A stretch of 64,000 bases of DNA, taken from positions 97,776,001-97,840,000 of the forward strand of contig CM059431.1 in assembly GCA_030390025.1 (NCBI GenBank). The letters are read 5' to 3'. A model generated the notes under the pieces. The model ran no database searches. It was not told where the DNA came from and saw nothing but the letters and a program-made list of their open reading frames with translations. This document shows positions 24,660-36,316 of the stretch, piece by piece. Position 1 is the stretch's first letter, and every line of letters starts with the position of its first letter. Source of the DNA: Squalus acanthias (taxonomy: Eukaryota). The position numbers and the translations under genes are program-made.

Positions 24660-25765
24660 AAAAAGAAAAAAATGTCTTACGCCTTTCACGACTTCAGGAT
24701 GTCCCAAAGCACTTTCCAGCCAATGAAGTGTTTTTGAAGTGTACACACTGTTGTAATTCAGGAAGCACGGAAGCCAACTTCCCACAAACAGCATTGTGAT
24801 AATGACCAGATAATCTGTTTTAGTGATATTGGTTGAGGTATTAAAATGGCCAGGACACCGGGGCAGAACTCCCCTGCTCCTCTTCGAATAGTGGCCATGG
24901 GATCTTTTATGCCCACCTGAGAGGGCAGATGGGGCCTCGGTTTAATGTCTCATCCGAAAGACGGCACCTCCGACAGTGCGGCGCTCCCTCAGTACTGCCC
25001 CTCCGACAGTGCGGCGCTCCCTCAGTACTGCCCCTCCGACAGTGCGGCACTTCCTCAGTACTACCCCTCTGATAGTGCAGCGCTCCTTGAGTACTGCCCC
25101 TCCGACAGTGCAGCGCTCCTCGAGTACTGCCCCTCCGACAGTGCAGCGCTCCTCGAGTACTGCCCCTCCGACAGTGCGGCGCTCCCTCAGTACTGCCCCT
25201 CCGACAGTGCGGCGCTCCCTCAGTACTGCCCCCCCCCTCCGACAGTGCGGCGCTCCTCAGTACTGCCCCTCCGACAGTGCAGCGCTCCCTCAGTACTGCC
25301 CCTCCGACAGTGCGGCGCTCCCTCAGTACTGCCCCTCCGACAGTGCGGCGCTCCCTCAGTACTGCCCCTCCGACAGTGCGGCGCTCCCTCAGTACTGCCC
25401 CTCCGACAGTGCGGCGCTCCCTGAGTACTGCCCCTCCGACAGTGCGGCGCTCCCTGAGTACTGCCCCTCCGACAGTGCGGCGCTCCCTGAGTACTGCCCC
25501 TCCGACAGTGCGGCGCTCCCTGAGTACTGCCCCTCCGACAGTGCGGCGCTCCCTGAGTACTGCCCCTCCGACAGTGCGGCGCTCCCTCAGTACTGCCCCT
25601 CCGACAGTGCGGCGCTCCCTGAGTACTACCCCTTCGACAGTGCGGCGCTCCCTCAGTACTGCATTGGCGTGTCGAGATTTTGTGCTTAAGTCTCTGGAGT
25701 GGGACTTGAACCCACAACTTTCTGACTGGGCGGCGAGAGTGCTACCCACTGAGCCACAGCTGACA
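24660..25765 (-). mobile_element. Near full-length DeuSINE with internal 33-bp array 2 (24968-25662)
   Basis: tRNA-like head at 25690-25765, then the array, then the Deu-like body and 3' part, colinear with 33040-33505. Confidence 0.92.
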
Positions 25766-26360
25766 TATGTGTGACCTGCAATTGCTGTTGTGTGCTACTC
25801 TCAAAGCGTGACCCCCTTAGTCTGTTCTCTGGTGTTGTTTTAAGAAATAGGCTCATTAAATGACCGGCACTTCAACGTGCCACTATGTTACTATATGTTG
25901 TACCTTGTCTCACAAAGCAGAGATAATCCAGCAGGTAGAAAAATGTCCTAAAAATAATCATCTTTCTGCGATGTACTGATGCCTTATTCCGTAATGGCTG
26001 GCCAGGATAGATTGGCTGGCATTTGCATCAATAACTCGCAGTGGTGAGGGGGTTGATCGCGTGATCCAGTGCTCCCAGTGCATGTTCTCTGGAGCGCCTG
26101 CGATTTTCCATTTAAATCGACACAAAACCCCTGGCTTCAGTCCCAGGCTTTCCCTAGAGTGTTGTTCCCTGCTGGGAGTGCCGGATCACACAATTATCCC
26201 AGTGGTTTCGTTCTTTGAGCCACAGTCGCATCAGGTGCTTTCATTAACAATCTTTTCATTTTTTTTATGGTGCCTTTATTGTCGTGATGCAAAAAGAAAT
26301 ATAGATTTTTCTCTCTCTATTTTGAAACTTTAAATTGCATGCTCTCTGTTTTGTATTCAG

Positions 26361-26484
26361 GTTAAATGCAACTAAAGTCAACGTGCAGGCTGCCTTTGCT
26401 GATGATTTTGACACGCCAGGGGCTACTGATTCAATTATGCACCTCATTCACCATGGCAACAGACAGCTTCAAGCAGTTACCAAG
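26361..26484 (+). CDS. CARS2: CARS2 exon, 124 bp ([41 protein letters not shown])
   Basis: attcag acceptor; aag|gtaacc donor; ADDFDTP motif. Confidence 0.96.
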
Positions 26485-26829
26485 GTAACCCATTAGGATT
26501 TTGCAATCCCCATGAAGGTTGTACATTGGTAGTGCATTATTCAGAGTAACGCCAGGATGAGTGGATTACATTTTTCGAAACCATCATTAGGTTTGTTGAG
26601 GTGAGGCGGGGGCTTGTACTGTGCTTTGATAGTTAGTGTAACAGCTCCCCTGGGAAGAGCTGGGAAAGATGAGAGACTCACAGACGTTAAGCCTCGTTAT
26701 GTGCCCCAACCAGAAACTAGCAGTTGTTTTTCAGCATAGGAACTCATTCAGTGCAAACCGTGACTTCGCTAAGCTGCTGGGAGGGATTGCAAGTTGCAGC
26801 ACTGGTCTTCTAAGAACTTTTTTTGAAGC

Positions 26830-27025
26830 TACAACATGGAGTGGTTGAAGTGAATAGAATAGATGCATTTAAGGGGAAGCTGGATAAACACACGAGAGAA
26901 AGAGAAAAAGGAATAGAAGGTTATGCTAGTAGGGTGAGATGAAGAGGAGTTGGAGGTGGCTCGTGTGGAGCAGAAACACTGGCAGTTGGGCCGAAGGGCC
27001 TGTTTCTGTGCATGTAATTCTATTT
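26830..27025 (+). mobile_element. CR1 3' end fragment
   Basis: Same family as 20329-20610. Confidence 0.8.
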
Positions 27026-27509
27026 TGAAGCTGTGTAATCCACTATGGCTTATATTTACATCTGAGGTACTACTCGGCATAACCCCGGCCACTGATCGCA
27101 GAGTCCCTGCTGAGTCCCTGGTCAATGCTGAGTGGTACTGGGGAAGGAGGCTATAGAGAGGGGGGAGACGAATAAAGGAAGTGGAGGGAGGGAAGATTGT
27201 GGAGATATACGTGCCAAACTACTCAATCACTTTGTACTAGATTAGATATAAAGTTAGCAGGAAACATTGGAGGAAGTGAATCTGCCTGTTTCCCAGGAAA
27301 CCTGTGGCATCTGTTAACCTGGATGGACAGGAGCTGGTTGGCAGTGTACTGTAAGTGGCGACAGATTTAATTTCTCCTTAAGCCACTGTTTAGTGATGTG
27401 GGTGGCTGCACATTCACTGGATTCAAAATGGGCAGCAAGGAATCTTCCACTAACGCTTGAACAAGTTTGTTCAAACTGTGTATAAAATTCAAAGTGAACA
27501 TCAGTTGAT

Positions 27510-28040
27510 TGAATCTTAGAATGATGCAGCACAGGAGGAGGCCGTTCGGCCCATCGTGCCTGTGCCAGCTCTCTGAAAGAGCTCTCCAATTGGTCCCCAT
27601 TCCCCTGCCTTTTTTTCCCCATCCAACGTTTTTAAAAATTTTTGTTTTGAAATATTTATCTACTTTCCCTTTTGAAGCTATTTACCACTGTTTCTGGCAA
27701 GGCGTTCACGTCCTAATAACCCACTGCATTAAAAAAAAAACACATTCTCCTGCCTCTTCCTTTGTTCTTTTCTTGATAATCTAGTAGCCAACTCAGCGAC
27801 TGGTGGAAATAGATTTTTCCCCATGTACCTTATCAAAACCTTTCATAATCTTGTACCGCACTATCAGATATCCTTTTAACCTTCTATTTATTAGTGAAAA
27901 GGTCCTCAGTTTCTCTAACCTCCCCTCACAACTGAGGCTTCCCACGCCTGGTATTCTCCTGATCTCTTTTGTGGACTCCCCAAGATGTTCCTACAGTAGA
28001 GCAGCCAAAACTGGGCACAGTATTCTAGCTATGTTTTAAT
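27510..28040 (-). mobile_element. Old CR1 3' fragment
   Basis: Diverged reverse complement of the CR1 C-terminus and tail. Confidence 0.75.
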
Positions 28041-28124
28041 CAATGATTTGTGTAGGATTACCATTACCCCAGCTTTATGCTCTATCCGCCATTAAAATAT
28101 AGGCTCCCAATAGCATTTTTGAGC

Positions 28125-29025
28125 GAGTGCTGCACTGTCGACGGGTCAGTACTGAGGGAGCGCCGCACTGTCGGAGGGGCAGTACTGAGGGAGTGCCGCA
28201 CTGTCGGAGGGGCAGTACTGAGGGAGCGCTGCACTGTCGCAGGGACAGTACTGAGGGAGCACTGCACTGTCGGAGGGGCAGTACTGAGGGAGTGCCGCAC
28301 TGTCGGAGGGGCAGTACTGAGGGAGTGCCGCACTGTCGGAGGGGCAGTACTGAGGGAGCGCCGCACTGTCGGAGGGGCAGTACTGAGGGAGCGCGGGGCA
28401 GTACTGAGGGAGCGCTGCACTGTCGGAGGGGCAGTACTGAGGGAGCGCTGCACTGTCTCAGGGACAGTGCTGAGCGAGAGCTGCACTGTCGGAGGGGCAG
28501 TACTGAGGGAGCGCGGCACTGTCGGAGGGGCAGTACTGAGGGAGCGCTGCAATTTTGGAGGGGCAGTACTGAGGGAGTGCCGTACTGTCGGAGGGGCAGT
28601 ACTGAGGGAGCGCTGTACTGTCGGAGGGGCAGTACTGAGGGAGCGCCACACTGTCGGAGGGGCAGTACTGAGGGAGCGCCGCACTGTCGGAGGGGCAGTA
28701 CTGAGGGAGCGCCGCACTGTTGGAGAGGCAGTACTGAGGGAGCGCTGCACTGTCGGAGGGGCAGTACTGAGGGAGCGCTGCACTGTCTCAGGGACAGTGC
28801 TGAGGGAGCGCTGCACTGTCGCAGGGGCAGTGCTGAGGGAGCGCTGCACTGTCGGAGGGGCAGTACTGAGGGAGCGCTGCACTGTCGGAGGGGCAGTACT
28901 GAGGGAGCGCTGCAACTTTGGAGGGGCAGTACTGAGGGAGCGCTGCACTGTCGGAGATGCCGTCTTTCAGATAAGACTTTAAACCGAGGTCCCGTCTGCG
29001 TTCTCAGGTGGCTGTAAAAGATGCT
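28125..29025 (+). repeat. 33-bp array 3 (opposite orientation) plus DeuSINE body remnant
   Basis: Array 28125-28955 followed by gccgtctttcagataagactttaaaccgaggtcccgtctg. Confidence 0.92.
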
Positions 29026-29169
29026 TTTTCATAATTCAAGTAGGGTGATTTCAGGGTCTGAGCGAATTGGGCTAGTTCTGGGGTCAGTGAGCACTGAGAA
29101 TGCAAGTTCTGTGGCTGACATTTTAGAAATCCAGTATACCTAATGGTCAGCTTTTTATATTTATGGCAG

Positions 29170-29268
29170 GAGGGAGACTACCCCAGGAGCCCTGCTGTGT
29201 TTGGAGCGATAATCTCTTATATAGAGCGATTCCTGGACATTGTTGGTATTTCTCTTGGGGAAAGTCAG
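29170..29268 (+). CDS. CARS2: CARS2 exon, 99 bp ([33 protein letters not shown])
   Basis: tggcag acceptor; cag|gtgagt donor; [12 protein letters not shown] as in vertebrate CARS2. Confidence 0.95.
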
Positions 29269-29999
29269 GTGAGTAACTGCTTTGGAGAAACCCTTACACG
29301 GTTCCCACGTGTTGCAGAGTTGATTTAGTCTTTGCACAATATCAGTTATAGTAAAAGTCAACCAAGGCGATCACTTCTCGAGCTCTGCGTGTTGGTTCAC
29401 AGGAGAATGGTACTCCAGCAATAGCTGCTCCAAGGTATATCTGGGGTAGCCTCAATTTTCATTTCTTTTTGAGCTAATTAGGTTTCTAAATGTCATTCAC
29501 AGGTGATCTTCAGTGCCGTGTATTCTGCCTATTAGTGGAGTGGAGTGAATCCACTGGGGTGATGAATATCCTCACTGCAAGTCCACTTCTTAATCTTGAT
29601 GTCAGTGTGCTCCACTCTCATTACTTACGATTTGCTCGTGTGGAGGGTAAATGCTGGCACTGACTAGATGGGCCGAGTGGCGTATTTCCATGTTGTAGGT
29701 TCTGTGTATAAGGTGGTTTGTTTGACTGTGGACCAACAGGAGGAGAGTGATGGAGGAATTAGTGGCACTCAATGATGGGGTGTTGGAACAAGCGATGCCT
29801 TGAACAGTTTCCGACATTACAACAGTGACTACACTTGAAAAAGATTTAATTGGCTGTAAAGTGCATTGGGACGTCCTGAGGTCGTGAAAGGCGCTATAGA
29901 AATGCAAAATTTTCTTTTTGATCACAAAGGACATCTGAAATTATTGAAGCCAATGGAAATTTATGGGATTTTTTTCATCCACGTAAACATCTGTAACCT

Positions 30000-30740
30000 T
30001 TGATAATGCAGCGCTCCCTCAGTACTGCCCCTCCGACAGTGCAGCGCTCCCTCAGTACTGCCCCTCTGATAGTGCAGCGCTCCCTCAGTACTACCCCTCC
30101 GACAGTACAGCGCTCCCTCAGTACTGCCCCTCCGACAGTGCAGCGCTCCCTCAGTACTGCCCCTCCGACAGTGCAGCGCTCCCTCAGCACTGCCCCTCCG
30201 ACAGTGCGGCACTCCCTCAGCACTGCCCCTCCGACAGTGCCCCGCTCCCTCAGTACTGCCCCTCCGACAGTGCAGCGCTCCCTCAGTACTGCCCCTCCGA
30301 CAGTGCAGCGCTCCCTCAGTACTGCTCCTCCGACAGTGCAGCGCTCCCTCAGTACTGCCCCTCCGACAGTGCGGCGCTCCCTCAGTACTGCTCCTCCGAC
30401 AGTGCAGCTCTCCCTCAGTACTGTCCCTCCGACAGTGCAGCTCTCCCTCAGTACTGCCCCTCCGACAGTGCAGCTCTCCCTCAGTACTGCCCCTCCGACA
30501 GTGCGGCGCTCCCTCAGTACTGCTCCTCCGACAGTGCAGCTCTCCCTCAGTACTGTCCCTCCGACAGTGCAGCTCTCCCTCAGTACTGTCCCTCCGACAG
30601 TGCAGCTCTCCCTCAGTACTGCCCCTCCGACAGTGCAGCTCTCCCTCAGTACTGCCCCTCCGACAGTGCAGCACTCCCTCAGTACTGCCCCTCCGACAGT
30701 GCAGCACTCCCTCAGTACTGCACTGGGAGTGTCAGCCTCA
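30000..30740 (-). repeat. 33-bp DeuSINE-derived array 4
   Basis: About 22 units ending in cagtactgcactgggagtgtcagcct, which is SINE sequence. Confidence 0.92.
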
Positions 30741-31029
30741 ATAATGGGCTTAATTCCTGGAGCAAGGCTGCAACCCGCAATCGAGGCAGTTATTTATTTT
30801 GTTTGGTAACAAAGCTTTAGCTAGACGCATTCTGGAGCAGGATTTAACTAATGGGATAATAGAATGCTACTCCAAGGTTACTCTACCTGTGCTACAGTGC
30901 TTTCTCAGCCCAGTACCCACAGAATTTTGGCATAATTTGCAGCGGTATAATTGACACCCTTTTCAAAGCATCATTGTCTTCATTTAACAACTGAAGATAC
31001 ACGTGCTATGCTGCAAGGTGGCCTCAAAA

Positions 31030-31325
31030 AGGAAGACTTGCATCTCTACAGCGCCTTTCAAGATCTCAGGACATCCCAAAGCGTTTTACTGCCAATGAAG
31101 TACTTTTTGAAGTGTAGTCACCATTGTAATGTAGCAGCCAATGTACGCACAGCAAGATCCTACAAACAGCACTGTGACAATGACCAGATAACCTGTTTTA
31201 GTGATGTTGTTTGAGGGATACATATTGGCCCAGGTCACCGGAGATGACTCCCCTGCGCTGCTTCTAATGCTGTGGGATATTTTACGTCCACCTGAGGGGG
31301 CAGATGGGGCCTTGGTTTAACATCT
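31030..31325 (-). mobile_element. DeuSINE 3' fragment
   Basis: Colinear with 33050-33355. Confidence 0.8.
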
Positions 31326-31444
31326 AAAGGCATTGTTTCCTGTTTCTACTTTGGCAACAAGTCGTTTGTAGGTGGAAGTTGAATGAATAAGGAGGAAGAT
31401 TTGATTTCCTACTGTACATGTTGTCTTCATTCTTTGAATGGCCT

Positions 31445-31775
31445 GCATAAGGTGAAACTGTTTGCAGTGGCAGAAGGGTCAGTAACCAGAGGACACAGTT
31501 TTAAGGTGATTGGCAAAAGAACCAGAGGGGAGATGAGAAAACATAATTTTACGCAGCGAGTTGTTGTGATCTGGAACGCGCTGCCTAAAAGGGCGGTGGA
31601 AGCAAATTCAATAGTAACTTTCAAAAGGGAATTGGATAAATACTTGTAAAGGAGAAATTTTGCAGGACTATGGGGAAAGAGCAGGGGTGTGGGACTAATT
31701 GGAGAGCTCTTTCAAAGAGCCGGCACAGGCACGATGGGCCGAGTGGCGGCCTCCTGTGGTGTATGATTCTATAGA
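31445..31775 (+). mobile_element. CR1 3' fragment
   Basis: KLFAVAEGSVTRGHSFKV...FTQRVVVIWNALP. Confidence 0.88.
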
Positions 31776-32564
31776 AAGACCCTCACCTGCCTGCTCCTCA
31801 GTTTTCTAGTTTTCTTTTTTCTCCCTCTTCCTCTCCCTCTCTCCAATCCTCTGTCGTGGTTTTTAATTTCCTTGCTCAGTTTAGCTAGCAGAGGGACTAC
31901 CTTCTGCTTTCAGAATGAGCAAGAGTGACCTGGCCGCAAGCTCTTAATGATCCAGCGTTTCTTCCTAGTGTGGACAGCGGTCCTATTGGTTTTGTAGGGG
32001 GAAGCTGGACGAAGATCATACACCGTGCCGGTAATCTAACTCTACCCCCAGCAGAAGCTTTAAACTTTCTTCAGTGCTCGCAGTGTATTTCTTGTTTGGT
32101 TTTGAACTGTTTGTGAATGGTTAAATAGACTATAGTACAAACATTTCAAAATTGTTTAATTTGCGGAGTATAGAAATTGCAGTCCAAGTCTTTCATTGCT
32201 TGCCGTGTTGTATGCTGGGATTCTGGTCTGTATTTCTCTCAATTTTCTTGACTAGTTGAACTGAGAACAAGCTAAATATATCTTGGTCTTGTGTTTACAA
32301 GCAGACTTGTTAAACTCAGAACATGTGGGCGGATTCCTATTATTTTATCTGTTTTTACGCTGGGTAAACCGTCCCACTCTGGTGCTAAAAGCCGATTTCT
32401 GTTTCTTTTTCATCCTGCGCCATAAAATCAGTCATGTACTGGACAGCACCAACCTCCAGATAGCCCTATCTCCACCAGATCCCTAATAAGAATGGATCTA
32501 CTGTTGAGACCAATGCCTCAGGTGGAGAACACAAGGTGTAATGCGAATGAAGCAAAGTGTTAAT

Positions 32565-33755
32565 GGCCTGGGATTTGCGGTCAGCGGCAAAGGCATTCGC
32601 TGCTGGCCCCGAAGTACGCTCCGCATAAGGATCTCGCGATCCCTGTGTTGGGAACTTCGGGTTATTCCGACCTTCAATTCAGATCAACGGAAGTTAATGT
32701 CTAAACAGCCAATCAAAAGGCAGAATTCTCACAGACAGCGAACAAGGAAGTGAGTAAGCTCTTAAAATTCAAACTTTTAAATAGTTAGCGAGAGCAAAAC
32801 AAAGATTAGGGCTGTCACATGGGGAAAAGGCAAACCTGAAATAAAGATGGACTAACTTTAAAAAAAAATTAAAACAATTGTTTTTGAAAAGTTTCTTAAT
32901 TTTAAATAAAATGGACAAATTTCACACTGCACAAAGTTAAAATTAGTTTTCCAGGCCCTTAACATTTGTTTAGCAGTAATAACACTATCAAAACCCCAGT
33001 TACACCGAATCCCTTTGGGTCTAACTTGTAGTGGGGAATTTGAGAGAGAGAGACTTGCATTTATAAAAATGCGCCTTTCATGACCACCGAACGTCCCAAA
33101 GCGCTTTACAGCCAAGGAAGTACTTTTTGGAGTGTAGTCACTGTTGTAATGTAGGAAATGCGGCAGCCAATTTGCACACTGCAAGCTCCCACAAACAGCA
33201 ATGTGATAATGACCAGATAATCTGTTTTTGTGATGTTGATTGAGGGATAAATATTGGTCAGGACACCGGGGAGAACATCCCAGCTCTTCTTCGAAATATT
33301 GCCATGGGATCTCTACGTCCGCCTGAGAGAGCAGACGGGGCCTCGGTTTAACATCTCATCCGAAAGACGGCACCTCTGACAGTGCAGCACTCCCTCACCA
33401 CTGCACTGGAGTGTCAGCCTAGATTTTTGTGCTGAAGTGGGACTTGAACCCACAACCTTCTGACTCGGAGACGAGAGTGCGACCCACTGAGCCACAGCTG
33501 ACACCTAACAGCGTCCGCACTGCGGAAGAGCCAAAGTTTTTGTCCGTTTCAGTGATTTGGCTGATTGCACAGATTGCCGGCTCTGTGGGGTGGGGGTGGG
33601 GGGGCCACAACGCAGCCTGTTTCGGAGCTGTCAGTGACAAACCACAACTCTGGGAATTCCGTATGCGCCAAATCCCGAAGTTGCGGTCAGTTTCAAAGGC
33701 AGAATGATGGCGAATGATGCCAGTTTGCCCTCATCCCGACTGCAAATTCCGGGCC
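32565..33755. mobile_element. Non-autonomous DNA transposon (possibly PIF/Harbinger-like) interrupted by a DeuSINE
   Basis: Imperfect TIR ggcctgggatttgcggtcag / ccgactgcaaattccgggcc; AAT on both flanks. Confidence 0.6.
33040..33505 (-). mobile_element. Full-length tRNA-derived DeuSINE (SacSINE1-like) with a single copy of the 33-bp unit
   Basis: A box TGGCTCAGTGG, B box GGTTCAAGTCC, Deu-like gtgccgtctttcggatgagatgttaaaccgaggccccgtctg, tail ataaatgcaagt(ct)n. Confidence 0.88.
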
Positions 33756-35137
33756 AATATCTCCTTCGGCTTGAACTGTAGTAAAAACGGAATGTGCCGG
33801 AAATATGCAGCAGAATCAGTTCACTGTCTTCCGTTCTCATGAAAGGCCCCTCCCTCCCACCCACCATGTGGACCTGTCGTTCTCCTTCCAGCGTTGAGCT
33901 ATCTGCTGTGTACTTCCAGCAGTTTCTGCTTCTGCTTCACATTTCCAGCATTCACCTTTTATTATTTCTCTTTTGCCGTCATTTTGAAAGTGGTTGCTCA
34001 AATTCTAAGGCAGCCCCTTGCATTTGGTCTCCTGCTCTCACAAGGAGGCCAGTTGAGATGCAGTGAAGCCCGAGGCTGTCTTGCTGCAGTAGGATGGACT
34101 GGTGAGTTTCTGAGATTTCCTGTGTCTCGAGGAGCCCGAGCTCCTTCAGTGAGTGGAGTCCGAGGCTTGTTGAGGCCAGAAATACCATCAGATCAGCTGC
34201 GTGGTTTGCTGTTCCATTGCTACAGGTCTTGCTGGCGAGAGCTTTCAACTGGATAAGCTGGCTGCTGGAGCTCCTGATTTGGCAAATCTGACTGACAGGA
34301 TCACATGGGGTTCTGCCTGGGAGCAGGCACAGCTGAAATATATTTTATCAAAATATTAGTTTCTACATGTTTTATGTTGCGTTGTGTGGCGGCATTTGAT
34401 TGGTTCGCTTTCTCTTTAGTTGCTAACTGCTACTTTATTCATTGTCTTCGCACATCCTCCTCATTGGCAGTTTTCTAAACTTTCTGTGCTTTTGAACCAT
34501 ACGTTGCCCGAAGTGCAGATATATTGTTTTATAAATGTGAAATTTTAAATTGGGGTGTGTGCTGCTTTAGAAGAGGAGCACCATGTATTATTCTGTTGCT
34601 AAGAGGGAGCTTTGTTTACGCTGACCTGTTCCTTTTAAAGCCACAGAGTCTGTAGATAAAGATATGCTGGATGCAGGTCTTTGAAGAGATTTTGCAGATG
34701 ATGCACTTTTTTTTCCAGGTTAGAAGGAGTCACGGTGTGCCAATTGCCTTTCTTTCTCTTTTGTTTGTGCGTTTAAGACATTCGAATGTGATGTCTACAT
34801 GTGTACTGTCAGTGGGTCGTGGTGAGTTGGAGGTTATGCTGTTGCAGGGAAATAGTGGGGGGGTGGGTGGGTAGGGGTGTTGGAATGTGGCAGGACGGCA
34901 GAGGGGCATACGTCCCGTGACAGAATTTGTAAATAAGTTCTGTCCAGAGATAGTGTTGCAACTGGGTTTTTGATTAGCTCGAGGAAGAGTAACTAGGATG
35001 TCCTTTATCCACTGCCATTGGAAAAAGAAATATTTAGCAAAAATAAATCTTTCTGTAAACAATCATTTTTTGAATTCTCAGTATAAAGAAAATAACAGAC
35101 AAGTGTTGGAATCACCCCCTCGGTCTCTGGTTGTTGG

Positions 35138-35138
<1 letters not shown>

Positions 35139-35173
<35 letters not shown>

Positions 35174-35212
35174 CCGGCAGCGCTGCCTCTCTCTCTCTCT
35201 CTGCCGGCAGCG

Positions 35213-35254
<42 letters not shown>

Positions 35255-35265
35255 TGGCAGCGCTG

Positions 35266-35299
<34 letters not shown>

Positions 35300-35309
35300 G
35301 GCAGCGCTG

Positions 35310-35347
<38 letters not shown>

Positions 35348-35561
35348 GGCAGCGCTGCCTCTCTCTCTCTCTCTCTGCCGGCAGCGCTGTCTCTCTCTCT
35401 CTCTCTGCCGGCAGCGCTGCCTGTCTCTCTCTCTCTCTCTCTCTGCCGGCAGCGCTGTCTCTCTCTCTCTCTGCCGGCAGCGCTGTCTCTCTCTCTCTCT
35501 CTCTCTCTCTGCCGGCAGCGCTGTCTCTCTCTCTCTCTCTCTCTCTCTCTGCCGGCAGCGC

Positions 35562-35605
<44 letters not shown>

Positions 35606-35680
35606 GGCAGCGCTGTCTCTCTCTCTCTGCCGGCAGCGCTGTCTCTCTCTCTCTCTCTCTCTCTGCCGGCAGCGCTGTCT
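35139..35680. repeat. Compound repeat: (CT)n tracts separated by gccggcagcgctg, about 14 units
   Basis: Direct reading. Confidence 0.95.
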
Positions 35681-36316
35681 GGTGAAAAATAAGTTTTAAC
35701 TCAAAATTTTAGAAGCATATCCTCCAGCTTGTTTTTAAATCATTTGGAAAAATAAACTCTTTAATACTATTGTCGCTCAAGGGACGATACTGAGAAGAAT
35801 AAATAAATCTTTAAACAAGGATTGTTTTTGAATTAATTAAGCAAAGTAAAGCATGTGTGCTCTAATTCTCATATTGAGTTTTTTCTTAGGAAAACTATTT
35901 TGCTAATTTTTTTTTAATGAAAAGGTTCTGAAATTTATGGTCCAGTTTGTTTTACAGTTATTTGAAACTAAATAAGTGTAAAACTGTTCTAGCCTGAGGA
36001 AAGACAGGTAGCGAACTGAGCGAATCCCATTGATGTATGCTGGCAATTCTCCCAGCTTCAGACTCGTTAATGAAGCAGGTATTCACAGAAAGGATGATCA
36101 TCTAGGTATTCTTGTTATTGTGAATTTTTAATCTCTCATAGTATGTTAGAAGTCTTACTTTGAGCCCGGGATATTTGGGTTTGTGCGACTGAAAAGGTAG
36201 AAGAAAGGTTTTACGAAAGAAAAAGTTTTGAGGAATTTTTCTGTTTTGGGATAAATCTTCATTACTTCTCATAGTTAGAGTTCCAATTTATTATAGAGTA
36301 TTTAATCCAGCAGTTG

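Noticed and set aside
24907..30809. Long 11-aa-repeat ORFs (QYCPSDSAALP, CRRGSTEGALH)
   Set aside because: The 33-bp unit is stop-poor in most frames; intronic and SINE-derived.
33430..33505. tRNA gene
   Set aside because: A and B boxes belong to a SINE head; no complete cloverleaf evident and it runs straight into the SINE body.
33828..33960. Possible further PLE/hammerhead remnant (CTCATGAAAGG)
   Set aside because: Too degenerate; no stem II or GAAA.
35139..35680. CRISPR-like look (palindromic repeat with variable spacers)
   Set aside because: The spacers are only (CT)n, there are no cas genes, and the context is a eukaryotic intron.
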